A stretch of DNA of 63,648 nt, the filler included. It is 8 parts of 8 records of this genome, joined end to end, with 100 filler letters (N's around TTAATTAATTAA, not from the genome) between each part and the next. Parts side by side here need not be neighbours in the genome. Positions count along the whole stretch, not along the records: positions 20,168 to 30,922 come from SRR31156797_68652; positions 31,023 to 43,199 come from SRR31156797_68654; 6 more parts are not named here. The stretch is one strand, 5' to 3'. The position numbers were made by a program, and so were the translations under genes. Position 1 is the stretch's first letter; the number at the start of each line of letters is the position of its first letter. Below the pieces are notes generated by a model. It did not search any database, was not told the DNA's origin, and worked only from the letters and a program-made list of their open reading frames with translations. Of the stretch, positions 30,681 through 39,872 are shown piece by piece.

Positions 30681-30845
30681 TTAGAATTTCAGTTTTTTTT
30701 TAATAACGACAATAATCTATGCAATGCACCGGCTTACACCACCATGAACGAACCATCAGTAAAATTACACGACTATGTCCGTTGTAGTACAGGTAAATGA
30801 AATTGGACCAACCAGGCAGCTTTGACCAATTCGAAAATCATACTG

Positions 30846-30876
30846 TTTCAAGGGCTGTGCTAAACAGCCCTTGAAA
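30846..30876. terminator. Hairpin, probable terminator
   Basis: tttcaagggctgt / acagcccttgaaa, a perfect 13-bp inverted repeat. Confidence 0.55.
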
Positions 30877-30922
30877 TAATCACAATTGTTTCCGGTTCAT
30901 CCGGTAAACGCGTACTTTTCAG

Positions 30923-31022
30923 NNNNNNNNNNNNNNNNNNNNNNNNNNNNNNNNNNNNNNNNNNNNTTAATTAATTAANNNNNNNNNNNNNNNNNNNNNN
31001 NNNNNNNNNNNNNNNNNNNNNN
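30923..31022. other. Artificial contig linker
   Basis: 44 N + TTAATTAATTAA + 44 N. Confidence 0.98.
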
Positions 31023-31187
31023 TCTTTCTGTTTTAACAACTCCCACCTGAATAAAAGCAGCCCGGCTGGGTATCATATTGAAAAATTCAGGCATAAAAAG
31101 ATAAGGAATAATTTCATGTCACCTTCCCCAAAGGCCCCAGGGAACCTGACGGTTTTGTTTCGATCTTTAAAATTTAAACAAACATGA

Positions 31188-32012
31188 TCAGTCAAACGAT
31201 CCTAGCCGGTTCAGGGCTTCACTGGCGGCGTTTCTAACGCGTTCATCATTATCGGCCAGACATCCGGTCAAAGCATGTATAACGTTATCACCACCCATTT
31301 TACAAAGAGCATCCACAGCGGTTTTGATGACAAGATCGTTGTCATCCTGTAGTGCATTGATCAAAGGAATCAGCGCCCTTTCATCGCCTGTTGCTGATAA
31401 TTTTTGAACCGCCCTGATTTTCTGGTGATCTTCTCCCGTGGTCACAAGCTGGTTCAGGTGAGGCAAATCGACCTTTTCCGTTGTTTCTGTTGTGGTTTCA
31501 ACCGACGCACTCAAACGCCCACTCCCCTGATTCAAAGTACGACCGGCCCCTTCCAAACGTTTATTTTCTCCCGTTCGCTTCATGGAAATATCGACAGATT
31601 CGGCAGGGCCCGCCAGCTTTTTACGGTTCGCATTCCGATCAAATGTTTCAAAGATCATAACTTCTTTGATTTTCGCCACATTTTCTTTTCTGGTGTCATA
31701 GATAAATACGGTACTGTAATCCCGGGTCAAACATCTCAATCCTTTTTCCAAAGGAAGGTTTGAAAATCGGGCACATGCCAGAGATTCGCCATTGGAATGC
31801 AGGAAAATCCGAATGGATGCCTGTTCGGCAATTTTACTCATCAGTTTTTTAAAAGGGTAATTCCGTATGTTCACGGAGAGCAAACCATCAGTTACCATGA
31901 CAAAGGAAGGAGATGGCTCTTTTCCCATCACGCCGCTTGCGGCATGGATCACCAAATCGGGAAAAAGAGTTACGCCCACGAAGAATAGAAGCAAACAGCC
32001 ATTTTTGGGCAT
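31188..32012 (-). CDS. Exported protein with STN/secretin-N-like domain and C-terminal HEAT repeats
   Basis: Signal peptide; LSVNIRNYPFKKLMSKIAEQASI..FSNLPLEKGL; HEAT repeats ALIPLINALQD..VRNAASEAL. Confidence 0.75.
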   Translation of the reverse strand: MPKNGCLLLFFVGVTLFPDLVIHAASGVMGKEPSPSFVMVTDGLLSVNIRNYPFKKLMSKIAEQASIRIFLHSNGESLACARFSNLPLEKGLRCLTRDYSTVFIYDTRKENVAKIKEVMIFETFDRNANRKKLAGPAESVDISMKRTGENKRLEGAGRTLNQGSGRLSASVETTTETTEKVDLPHLNQLVTTGEDHQKIRAVQKLSATGDERALIPLINALQDDNDLVIKTAVDALCKMGGDNVIHALTGCLADNDERVRNAASEALNRLGSFD

Positions 32013-32017
32013 TGCCT

Positions 32018-32848
32018 CTACCTCCCTCTTTCTTCTATTCCATCGCTGTCAGCAACTGCCCGGCCCATTGCCGCTTTTCCATGAAAGCCAATCTTATTTT
32101 CTTTCCCACCATTTCCCTTCGTGCTCCCTTTTTCCGGTTGGGATTTCTGATCCGTCCGGATATAACCAAGCAGGGGAATGAGAATCTCCTGCTTTTGCGG
32201 ATAATTCGTTTTCAGGGTAATTTTTCCACTGTACTTGGAGTCAGAGGGAGAGATATTCGTCAGAACAAGCCTGAAAAGCTTTCCGGGTTCAACGGTTTCA
32301 AGTTCATATGCCACTTTATCGGAAAGGGTATTCTCACTGGGCTCCAAAATCAGGGGAAGTTTTTCATGGGCTTTGATTGTTACAATCTTTTGAATAACTT
32401 CCCCGGGATGGCCGCTGAGCATGACCCCTCTTGGAAAAACAGTTATCGGAACTTGTACAAATGCACGTACTTCGATCCTGGTTGATTTTTTGTATTTATC
32501 ATTGGAATGAACAACCGCTGATTTTCGAATTTTTCCCTGAAATTGGGCTGTTTTGAGGGAAACAACTATCTGCCCCGCCCCACCGGGGAGGATGGCGCGG
32601 TCAAAATGCGCCACAGTGCACCCTCAAGAGGGTTTCACGCTGGTAATTTCAAGAAGGGCATCCCCTTTATTGAGCACCTGGAATGCATGTACGAGTTGCT
32701 CCCCGCCTTTGATCACCTTGAAATCATGGACCGGCTCCCTGATCTCCAGAACCGGCCCGGAAGCCCGGCCCTCAACTAAAAAGGGAAAAATGAGGCAAAC
32801 GATAAAAACAGCCGTGACCATCAGTTTTCTGTTGAAGTACTGATTCAT
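32018..32848 (-). CDS. DUF1573-domain exported protein with in-frame UGA (probable selenocysteine) at codon 75
   Basis: ORFs 32624-32848 and 32018-32614 are in the same frame and read LEITSVKPS-UGA-GCTVAHFDRAILPGG, where the family has C-G-C; hairpin directly downstream. Confidence 0.75.
32585..32623 (-). promoter_or_regulatory. Putative bacterial SECIS hairpin
   Basis: After UGA: GGGUGCACU-GUGGCGC-AUUUUGACC-GCGCCAU-CCUCCCC; 7-bp upper stem, loop starts 17 nt after the UGA. Confidence 0.55.
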
Positions 32849-32961
32849 AGCTATCAATTCCTTATAAAGGGAACGAACGCATCCTCCCCAGTTCAGAATC
32901 CATCTTCCATCAAGGCAGGACAGACTCTGAACCGGGGAAATAGAGTAGCAATTACCAGAAG

Positions 32962-33570
32962 CTAGTATTTCCTTCGTCTCAAAGACGCAAGCCCTATCAG
33001 GCCAGACCCCAAGAGCCATGCGGCACCGGGAAGCGGTACGTTATTTACTGATCCCAGATAGACACCACCCTCAAATTGGCCATCAAGGTTATCTCCAAGC
33101 AATGCTACAACGTCAGCGCTTACACCGCCCTTGTCCCTATCCCATAGAAAGAGATCATTTGGGCCTGGTCCGGTGCATTTCAATTCAACAGAAAAAAGCA
33201 AGAGATTGTCCCCCTCAACGCCAGTTCCAAAAAGAGGCAACCCTTCAATTTTCAGGTCTGGCGTCAACACGTCCTGTGATAAAACAAGCGGCCATAACTG
33301 CATATTACGGATGGCGCTCACTGCGGTCAAATTATCACCATAGTCGAGAGAAAAAGCCCATCCGGCAAGCCCATTACCTGCTTCGTTCAAACCTGAAACA
33401 TAAATATCGGCAAAAATACTATCGCCCGGATCCAGAAGGATTGTAGATCCGGTTTCATAGCTTCCATCCTGACCAAAATCGATATAAAAAGAAAGCGCAG
33501 GTGCAGAATTGGATACAGATGCAATTCCCATTACCAACAACAATGCAATCAAAGCAGATATTTTTTTCAT
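32962..33570 (-). CDS. VPLPA-CTERM (PEP-CTERM-like) sorting-domain protein with cohesin-like passenger
   Basis: AAGGAG RBS, signal peptide MKKISALIALLL.., C-terminus VPLPGAAWLLGSGLIGLASLRRRKY. Confidence 0.88.
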   Translation of the reverse strand: MKKISALIALLLVMGIASVSNSAPALSFYIDFGQDGSYETGSTILLDPGDSIFADIYVSGLNEAGNGLAGWAFSLDYGDNLTAVSAIRNMQLWPLVLSQDVLTPDLKIEGLPLFGTGVEGDNLLLFSVELKCTGPGPNDLFLWDRDKGGVSADVVALLGDNLDGQFEGGVYLGSVNNVPLPGAAWLLGSGLIGLASLRRRKY

Positions 33571-33612
33571 TTCTATATTCTCCTTACTTGTCTTATTTGT
33601 GTACACAATTCG

Positions 33613-34030
33613 TTAATTAATCTTGTTGAGACCCGAGCGTCCTCGGCGTAAAGCCCCGATTACTCCCGCCATCCCGGTTCCCAGGAGGAGTAATAATGAG
33701 GGAACCGGTGTAGACTTGAGTCTCAAATGCCATATCTTTTCCAGGGAGGGACGGACGTTCTTGCTGAAACATCCTGGTAAAAAGTAATATTGAATCCTTT
33801 CAAGATACCGGGGGGATTTAACAATGGGTCGCCCCATCCGTCGCTATGACGATAAGGATAGTAATTCCCCGGGCCGATTGTAGAGTCCCAGAAAGATCCC
33901 CACCAAATTATCCCGACTACAGGCTCTGCGGCGTTACCCAGAAAATCATCGGCAACCTGGGAAGACACCTGGTTTTCGAGGGAAATGCATTCCCGTTTCC
34001 TGGAACCATGCTGGGGTCTTATGCCCATGC
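33613..34030 (-). pseudogene. Degenerate PEP-CTERM-type protein gene
   Basis: Passenger fragment QVADDF..IIWWGSFW..GFNITFYQD in one frame; sorting tail TPVPSLLLLLGTGMAGVIGALRR in another. Confidence 0.55.
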
Positions 34031-34725
34031 CACACTGGATGCCTTGGCAACTCCGACAGGCAATGAAAGGATAAAAAGTAACAGGGTTTAAAGTTTTCCT
34101 TTCAATTCCGTTCCACCTTCTATTCTGTAATTTAGTAGAAACTCGGGTAAAGAATGTTAACCGTATTGTTCTTTGATAGGTATCACCTCCTTTAATAAAG
34201 CAATCGGGCTGTCTCGATTGGTTCACCCCGCAGAGGACGCAAGAAGCCAGTTGAAATTTATCCATTCTTCGCAAATAGTAATTTCATCGAATACGCCCCT
34301 GGCCTCAGCCAGAATCACCATTTATATGTATCTGACACTTGGTTTCCCAAATAAAGAATCATTGAAGATTCGCAATTTCGCTTGATTCGGATAATAACAG
34401 AATAGCAATCAAAACACGCTACGTTTATGCAAAATACAATCCGCTATCTTCTCGATAAACGACGTTTACCAAAGTTAACCAGCAGTCATAATGAAACAAA
34501 AGCTTTGCTCCATCTCTTGAACAAAATTTAGACGTTAAAGAGTTATTACCTTCTCAACCCATTACAATTTCATTTTTTACCCAATAGAGAAACAAATGTG
34601 ACGAATTCGGCGACAATAAAATAAGGAAAGATATGGAAGGGAGGCACCGCCCCGGAGCGCCGATATAATGCGGAGAAATCCCCTCGGTCAGGACCTGTCA
34701 AGGGGATTTTACAGAAGGGGTGTGG

Positions 34726-35241
34726 TCAGATCGCTCCCTCATCGACACCATGGAAAGTGAGGGAGATATTCCGCCGGTCAAGAAAGGCCTTGAACTCCCG
34801 GATAAAAACGCCCTGGCCGTTGACCAGCTTGAGATTGTCGATCTGGGGGGCGAGGGTCTCCATGGAGCTGATCTCACCGCCGTGGAACCCGGTGCAGGTC
34901 TGGTTGACGCCGCAGCTGGGACTGCCGTCCACCCCGATGACGCAGATGATCTCGTAACCTGCCCTATGGAACGCCTGGATCTCATCCAGGGAGGGTTCCA
35001 GTATCCTGCGGCAATGGTTCACATACCCGGGATTGTCGTACTGCTCCACGGTCATGCCCCAGCGGTTCATGCCAAGATAGGAGGTTTCGGGACAGGGCAG
35101 CTGGACGATTCCCGCCCCCTGCTTGAGGTAGGGAAGAATGACCTCCTCCTTGATGCCGGCATAATTGGCAAGGGGGTGGATCTTTGCGTTTGCGTTCAAA
35201 AGACAGTGGCACACGACGATGATCTGCCTGCTTCGTTTCAT
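34726..35241 (-). CDS. TudS/DUF523-related putative [4Fe-4S] desulfidase (CD3072-like)
   Basis: VCHCLLNAN, QLPCPE and GVDGSPSCG motifs. Confidence 0.8.
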   Translation of the reverse strand: MKRSRQIIVVCHCLLNANAKIHPLANYAGIKEEVILPYLKQGAGIVQLPCPETSYLGMNRWGMTVEQYDNPGYVNHCRRILEPSLDEIQAFHRAGYEIICVIGVDGSPSCGVNQTCTGFHGGEISSMETLAPQIDNLKLVNGQGVFIREFKAFLDRRNISLTFHGVDEGAI

Positions 35242-36086
35242 GGGGTTCTCCTTATTTCAATGGGGTTGGCCGGGCGGCGGGCTTGCAGGGATTGGAGCTG
35301 TTCCAGCAGTTGCGCCTCTTTCCAGGGGGTGGGGACAAGGCCCAGTTTCTCTCCGAGCTGCCACACCTGGGGAGGAACAATACCTCCCCGGGCCAGGAGG
35401 TCCGGACTTTGAAACAGCTGGTCACAGGGGCCGTCCATGACAAGGCGTCCCTTTTCCAGCACAATCATTCTCTCAAAAATATCGGCACAGAAGTCCATGT
35501 CGTGGGTGACGGCGACAACGGTTTTTCCCGCCTGTTTCAGTTCATGGATGACGGACGAGATCCGCTGCTTGCCCCCAAGGTCCTGGCCCATGGTGGGCTC
35601 GTCCAGGACCAGAAGATCGGTGTCCATGGCAAGCACCGAGGCAAGGCAAAGCATCTTTTTTTGGGCAAGGGAGAGATCCAGGGGATTGACCCGTTCCATG
35701 CCCCGGAGCCCCGTGGCGGCCATGGCGTTTTCCATAAGGGTGTTGATCCTGTGGGTGGGGTATCCAATATGCCTGGGGCCCCAGGCAATTTCTTGGGCCA
35801 CCGACCGGCAGAAGATCTGGTCGTCCGGGTTCTGGAACACGAATCCGGCCTTCCGGGAAAGGCCGGCCACGGAAACCTTGGTGATGTCGAGGCCCCAGGT
35901 CACCACCCTTCCCCGGTGGGGACGCAACAGGCCGTTCATGTGCTTTACCAGGGTGGTCTTACCGGCCCCGTTCCGGCCCAAGATGGCCACGGTCTCACCC
36001 GGCTGGATGGACAGGGTGACATCTTCGAGGGCGGTTTGTCCGGAGAAACTATGGGAAAGGGAGGTGATCTCAACCGAGGGGGGCAT
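35238..36086 (-). CDS. ECF transporter ATPase subunit
   Basis: GRNGAGKTT, FQNPDDQIF, LSLAQ, LDEPT, VTHD. Confidence 0.9.
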   Translation of the reverse strand: MPPSVEITSLSHSFSGQTALEDVTLSIQPGETVAILGRNGAGKTTLVKHMNGLLRPHRGRVVTWGLDITKVSVAGLSRKAGFVFQNPDDQIFCRSVAQEIAWGPRHIGYPTHRINTLMENAMAATGLRGMERVNPLDLSLAQKKMLCLASVLAMDTDLLVLDEPTMGQDLGGKQRISSVIHELKQAGKTVVAVTHDMDFCADIFERMIVLEKGRLVMDGPCDQLFQSPDLLARGGIVPPQVWQLGEKLGLVPTPWKEAQLLEQLQSLQARRPANPIEIRRTP

Positions 36087-36897
36087 TCAGAAATCCTTTT
36101 TCAACATTTTCGAGGGAGATGGGCAGGGTATCGCCGTGGAAGAGGCCCATGGCGCGGGCCTTTCTTGCAATGGTGGTGACCCTCGGCACCTCCACCCCGT
36201 GGCCGGGCATTTCCGGGGAAGTGAGGACGGCCTGGGGTGAACCTGTGGCGACGATTTTTCCCCGGGAAAGGACCACAACGGTGTCGGCCAGATCCGTAAG
36301 ATGAGCCATGGTCTGCACGGCCATGACAATGGTGACGCCCCGGCGGTTCACCTTTTTGATGAGCTGGAGAATCTCCCGGGTGCCGGCCGGATCGAGCTGG
36401 GACGTGGGGTCATCCAGGACAAGGAGTTCGGGCTCCATGACCAGGATGGAGGCAAGGGCGACCCGCTGGGCCTGGCCCCCGGACAGGGTGGAGGGGTCCC
36501 TGTCCTTGATATCCGTGATGTCCACCAGGGCCATCACCTCGTCGATCCTTGCTTCCATGGTCCGGCGGTCGATGCCCAGGTTCTCCATGCCAAAGGCCAG
36601 CTCCTCGGCCACAGTGAACTTTGCGCCGGAGAACTGGTTGAAGGGATTGTCAAACACAAAGCCGGGCCTTGTGCGATCCTGGCCGGAGCAAATCCTTACC
36701 CGGCCGGTCAAGTCACCGCCGAACACCCGGAGAATCAGGCCGGCGATCACACGGCAGAGGGTGCTTCTGCCGGCGCCGTCACTGCCCATGATCACCGTGA
36801 ATTCGCCCTGGCCGATCCTGAGATCAATACCGTCAAGGGCGGGGTTCTCCCCCAGGGGGTAGGTGTAGGAGAGGTTCTCTATCTCAAGGAAAGCCAT
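36070..36897 (-). CDS. ECF transporter ATPase subunit with degenerate catalytic motifs
   Basis: Start MAFLEIENLSYTY at 36897; GSDGAGRST, LSGGQ, LDDPT, AVQ. Confidence 0.85.
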   Translation of the reverse strand: MAFLEIENLSYTYPLGENPALDGIDLRIGQGEFTVIMGSDGAGRSTLCRVIAGLILRVFGGDLTGRVRICSGQDRTRPGFVFDNPFNQFSGAKFTVAEELAFGMENLGIDRRTMEARIDEVMALVDITDIKDRDPSTLSGGQAQRVALASILVMEPELLVLDDPTSQLDPAGTREILQLIKKVNRRGVTIVMAVQTMAHLTDLADTVVVLSRGKIVATGSPQAVLTSPEMPGHGVEVPRVTTIARKARAMGLFHGDTLPISLENVEKGFLNAPLG

Positions 36898-37676
36898 AAC
36901 CGCCCTCCTGCCGCCGCTGCAACCATCACCCCACAGATCCTGCGAACCAGGGGTTCCGCCCTGCCCTCTTGCTGAAGGATGAACCGACTCCTGGCGCCGG
37001 CTGTGTTGAACGCCCTGACATCGAGGGCTGCGGCCCGCATCTCCGCATCCGCCAGGGTGGCGTAGAGAAGGGGGATCAACAAGGGAAAAAGGGCCCTGAT
37101 CCGGACCCGGAGGCTCCCTTGGGTTTCGAGGCCCCTGGAGCGCTGGGCATCTAGGATGGACGCGGCCCGCTGCCTCAGCCGGGGAATGAGGGTCAAGGCG
37201 GCAAGAATCATGTAACAAAGATAGGGATGGACCCCGTTATGGGCCAGATCTTCCATGAGCCGGGACGGTGGGGTGGTCATAAGGAGGAGTGCCAGGGAAG
37301 ACACCATCACGAGGACCCGGGTGCCGATCGCCCATGCCGTCAGGAGGCCGTCACCATTGACCGGAACGGAAAGGAAGAGACTCTCACTGCCGGGTGGAGC
37401 GGGCATGAGAAATCCGTAGATGCCGGACAGGAACAGGAGAAAGGGCGCCATGCCCTTCAACAGGAACAGGCAAAGGTCGTTCAAGACCTTTGCCAATGCC
37501 GCCATGGGAACCACAAGGCAGAGAAAAATGCAGGAGGGCGCAGCCGGCCCCGGCAGAAGGAATGCCAGGGCGATGGGGGTGGCTGCGCCCACAAGCTTGG
37601 TAAAGGGAGTGACCCGGTCGTGGAGAAGGCTTCTCCTTGACCGGTACAACGGCTGAACCGGAGACGCTGCCATCAA
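36879..37676 (-). CDS. ECF transporter T component (EcfT/CbiQ family)
   Basis: TM helices; ILDAQRSRG and LDVRAF coupling motifs. Confidence 0.88.
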   Translation of the reverse strand: MMAASPVQPLYRSRRSLLHDRVTPFTKLVGAATPIALAFLLPGPAAPSCIFLCLVVPMAALAKVLNDLCLFLLKGMAPFLLFLSGIYGFLMPAPPGSESLFLSVPVNGDGLLTAWAIGTRVLVMVSSLALLLMTTPPSRLMEDLAHNGVHPYLCYMILAALTLIPRLRQRAASILDAQRSRGLETQGSLRVRIRALFPLLIPLLYATLADAEMRAAALDVRAFNTAGARSRFILQQEGRAEPLVRRICGVMVAAAAGGRLWLSLR

Positions 37677-38248
37677 CGGGCGATCCTGGCGGCCATGGGA
37701 AACTTTGCAAGATAGCGTTGGGACATGCCCCGCACCACGGCAAAGGCGATCAACACTGTGGGGATCTTGTCCACCGGCTCCACCATGAGGTTCTTGTAAA
37801 AGGCGGCCGAACTGATCTTGACACCGGATTTAACGAGGATGGCCGTGATGAGTGAAGCGCCGCTGCCCTCGACACCGCCGTAGACATAGACCACGATGGG
37901 GGTGGCGACAAAAGGGGTGGTGACGGCCACTACGAGGCCCGCGATACAGGCCTTCCACCAGGTGGATAAAAGACCGTACCGGGCGCACAAGCCCGCCACC
38001 AGTCCGATCCAGGCCGCCACAGGGATAAAGGGAAGGGCCGAGGGAGAAAAAAGCCCCCACACCAGGTTGGAAAGGGCCCCGGTGAGGGCCCCGGCCCAGG
38101 GGCCGCAGGTGATGGCCACAAGGACCGTCCCCATGCAGTCCATGTACACGGGAAGCTTCAGCACACTGACCAGCTGGCCGACGGCGATGTTAAGGGCGAT
38201 GGCCACCGGAATCAACGCGATCGTTATCAGGCCGAACTCTTTTTTCAT
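37673..38248 (-). CDS. ECF transporter S component (CD3073-like)
   Basis: AAGGAG RBS; IALIPVAIALNIAVG..LKLPVYMDCMGT..GPWAGALTG. Confidence 0.85.
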   Translation of the reverse strand: MKKEFGLITIALIPVAIALNIAVGQLVSVLKLPVYMDCMGTVLVAITCGPWAGALTGALSNLVWGLFSPSALPFIPVAAWIGLVAGLCARYGLLSTWWKACIAGLVVAVTTPFVATPIVVYVYGGVEGSGASLITAILVKSGVKISSAAFYKNLMVEPVDKIPTVLIAFAVVRGMSQRYLAKFPMAARIAR

Positions 38249-38394
38249 GGCTTCATCTCCTTTATCTGTTGAGGATGCTGTCAAAAAAGTAATTGAGTCC
38301 TATCGAAATCATCACCAACGGTCAAAACGATAATTCCGATGCACTTTTGAAACTTTATTGAGCGTCTCTATTCAACGGATCAGGAGAGAGGGGC

Positions 38395-38979
38395 TCACTT
38401 CTCCGGGATGCCCCCTTGGGTGAACCTGGCAAGATAGCGGGTGGACATCCGCTTTACCGCGGCAAAGGCGATCATTGCGGCCAAGGCCTTGTCAGCCGCC
38501 TCCACCAGCAGGTTCTGGGCGAATGACTGGGAGGCCATGCCGGCAAGGGAGGTTGACAGGATCTCCCGGATCAGGGCAACGCCCGTGGCATTGATATTGC
38601 CGTAGACATAGGCGGCAATGGGTACGTTGAAAAAGGGGATGGTGAGGCCCACCAGGAGGCCTGCCATGGCAGCCCGGTACCAGGTTCTCAACCCGTTGCG
38701 GCGGGCCATGAGCCCAAAGGCGAATCCCAGCCACGCGGCCACGGGAATAAACTGGCCGGCATAGGGGGAGAACATGCCCCAGACAAGGGTGGAGACGATC
38801 CCGGTAAGGGCGCCGGCCCAGGGCCCACAAAGCAGGGCAACCAGGATGGTGCCGATGGAATCCAGGTAAACGGGCAGGCCCAGGAAAGCAGCGGCCTGTC
38901 CGGCGGCAATATTGACAACCAGGGCAACCGGGATCAACGCGATTGCAACGGCGGTGAAATTTTCTTTAATTGTGTCCAT
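38395..38979 (-). CDS. Second, paralogous ECF transporter S component
   Basis: IALIPVALVVNIAAG..LPVYLDSIGT..GPWAGALTG; same ..MSxRYLAxF end as the neighbour. Confidence 0.85.
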   Translation of the reverse strand: MDTIKENFTAVAIALIPVALVVNIAAGQAAAFLGLPVYLDSIGTILVALLCGPWAGALTGIVSTLVWGMFSPYAGQFIPVAAWLGFAFGLMARRNGLRTWYRAAMAGLLVGLTIPFFNVPIAAYVYGNINATGVALIREILSTSLAGMASQSFAQNLLVEAADKALAAMIAFAAVKRMSTRYLARFTQGGIPEK

Positions 38980-39123
38980 ACTCTTCTCTTGCTCCTATAT
39001 AACGGTTATACGGAGCAGAAGAGTAACGGGAAGCTGGGTTTGCGTCAACAGGATTTCCGGCAAATCCGACTGAAACATTTAAATTGCGTTAAAAAATTCA
39101 TGAACCGATCCAATGAACCGGCC

Positions 39124-39543
39124 TTAGGCGACGCTTGGATAAACAGAGACCAGGCGGTCTCCCAGCATCCCTGCGACCCTCTTGAAAAAAAGCGCCTCGC
39201 TCTCGGGAACCTTTGCAAGCTCCGCAAGAAAACTATCTTTCCCAACCTTTACCATCTTTGTCGGTTCGACACAGGTTGCCGTGGCCGAATAGAGATCCCT
39301 GCCGAGCAGGGTGGACCAGCCAATCACCTGGCCGGGCTCCTTTGCAATGTAGACGGTGGGTCCCTCGTCTCCGATGGAGAGTTTGATCCGCCCTTTGATC
39401 AGGATATAAAAATAATCTGCGGATTCTCCTGTCTCAAAGAGGACAGCCCCCTCGTCAAAATCTTTTTTCTCAGTTTCATCCATGACCTGTTTAACAAAAT
39501 TACTATCCATACCCCAGAAAAGGTCTCCCTGTTTTAATTGCAT
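39124..39543 (-). CDS. Stand-alone cyclic nucleotide-binding (CAP_ED) domain protein
   Basis: LFETGESADYFYILIKGRIKL..PGQVIGWSTLL..YSATA; no HTH. Confidence 0.85.
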   Translation of the reverse strand: MQLKQGDLFWGMDSNFVKQVMDETEKKDFDEGAVLFETGESADYFYILIKGRIKLSIGDEGPTVYIAKEPGQVIGWSTLLGRDLYSATATCVEPTKMVKVGKDSFLAELAKVPESEALFFKRVAGMLGDRLVSVYPSVA

Positions 39544-39872
39544 GATATCCCCCTTCTCAGTCTGGATCTGCCGGATGGTGAAAACGCTCTATGAGATTGA
39601 AAGGCAAGAATGGAGGGCTTGAACACGTCTGACTTGATTGCGCCTCCTTGGATTTCATTATAGAGAATCGACTTTTTATGTCAAGTGATAATAGCGTGTT
39701 CGCAATGGACCGTGGGCTTCGCGAATCCGCCCATCTTCCCGGGTACCCGCAAAAAAGACTTGCAAAAAATGGTGAATCAACGGAAACATAGGAGGTTCGA
39801 TAACATGGTAACATGGCAAAGATTAAATATTGTACGACACCCAAAACCCTTTAGCACATAAAGAAATCAAAG

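Noticed and set aside
35283-36975. Long + strand ORFs opposite the ECF ATPases
   Set aside because: Antisense shadows of GC-rich genes with clear family motifs on the - strand.
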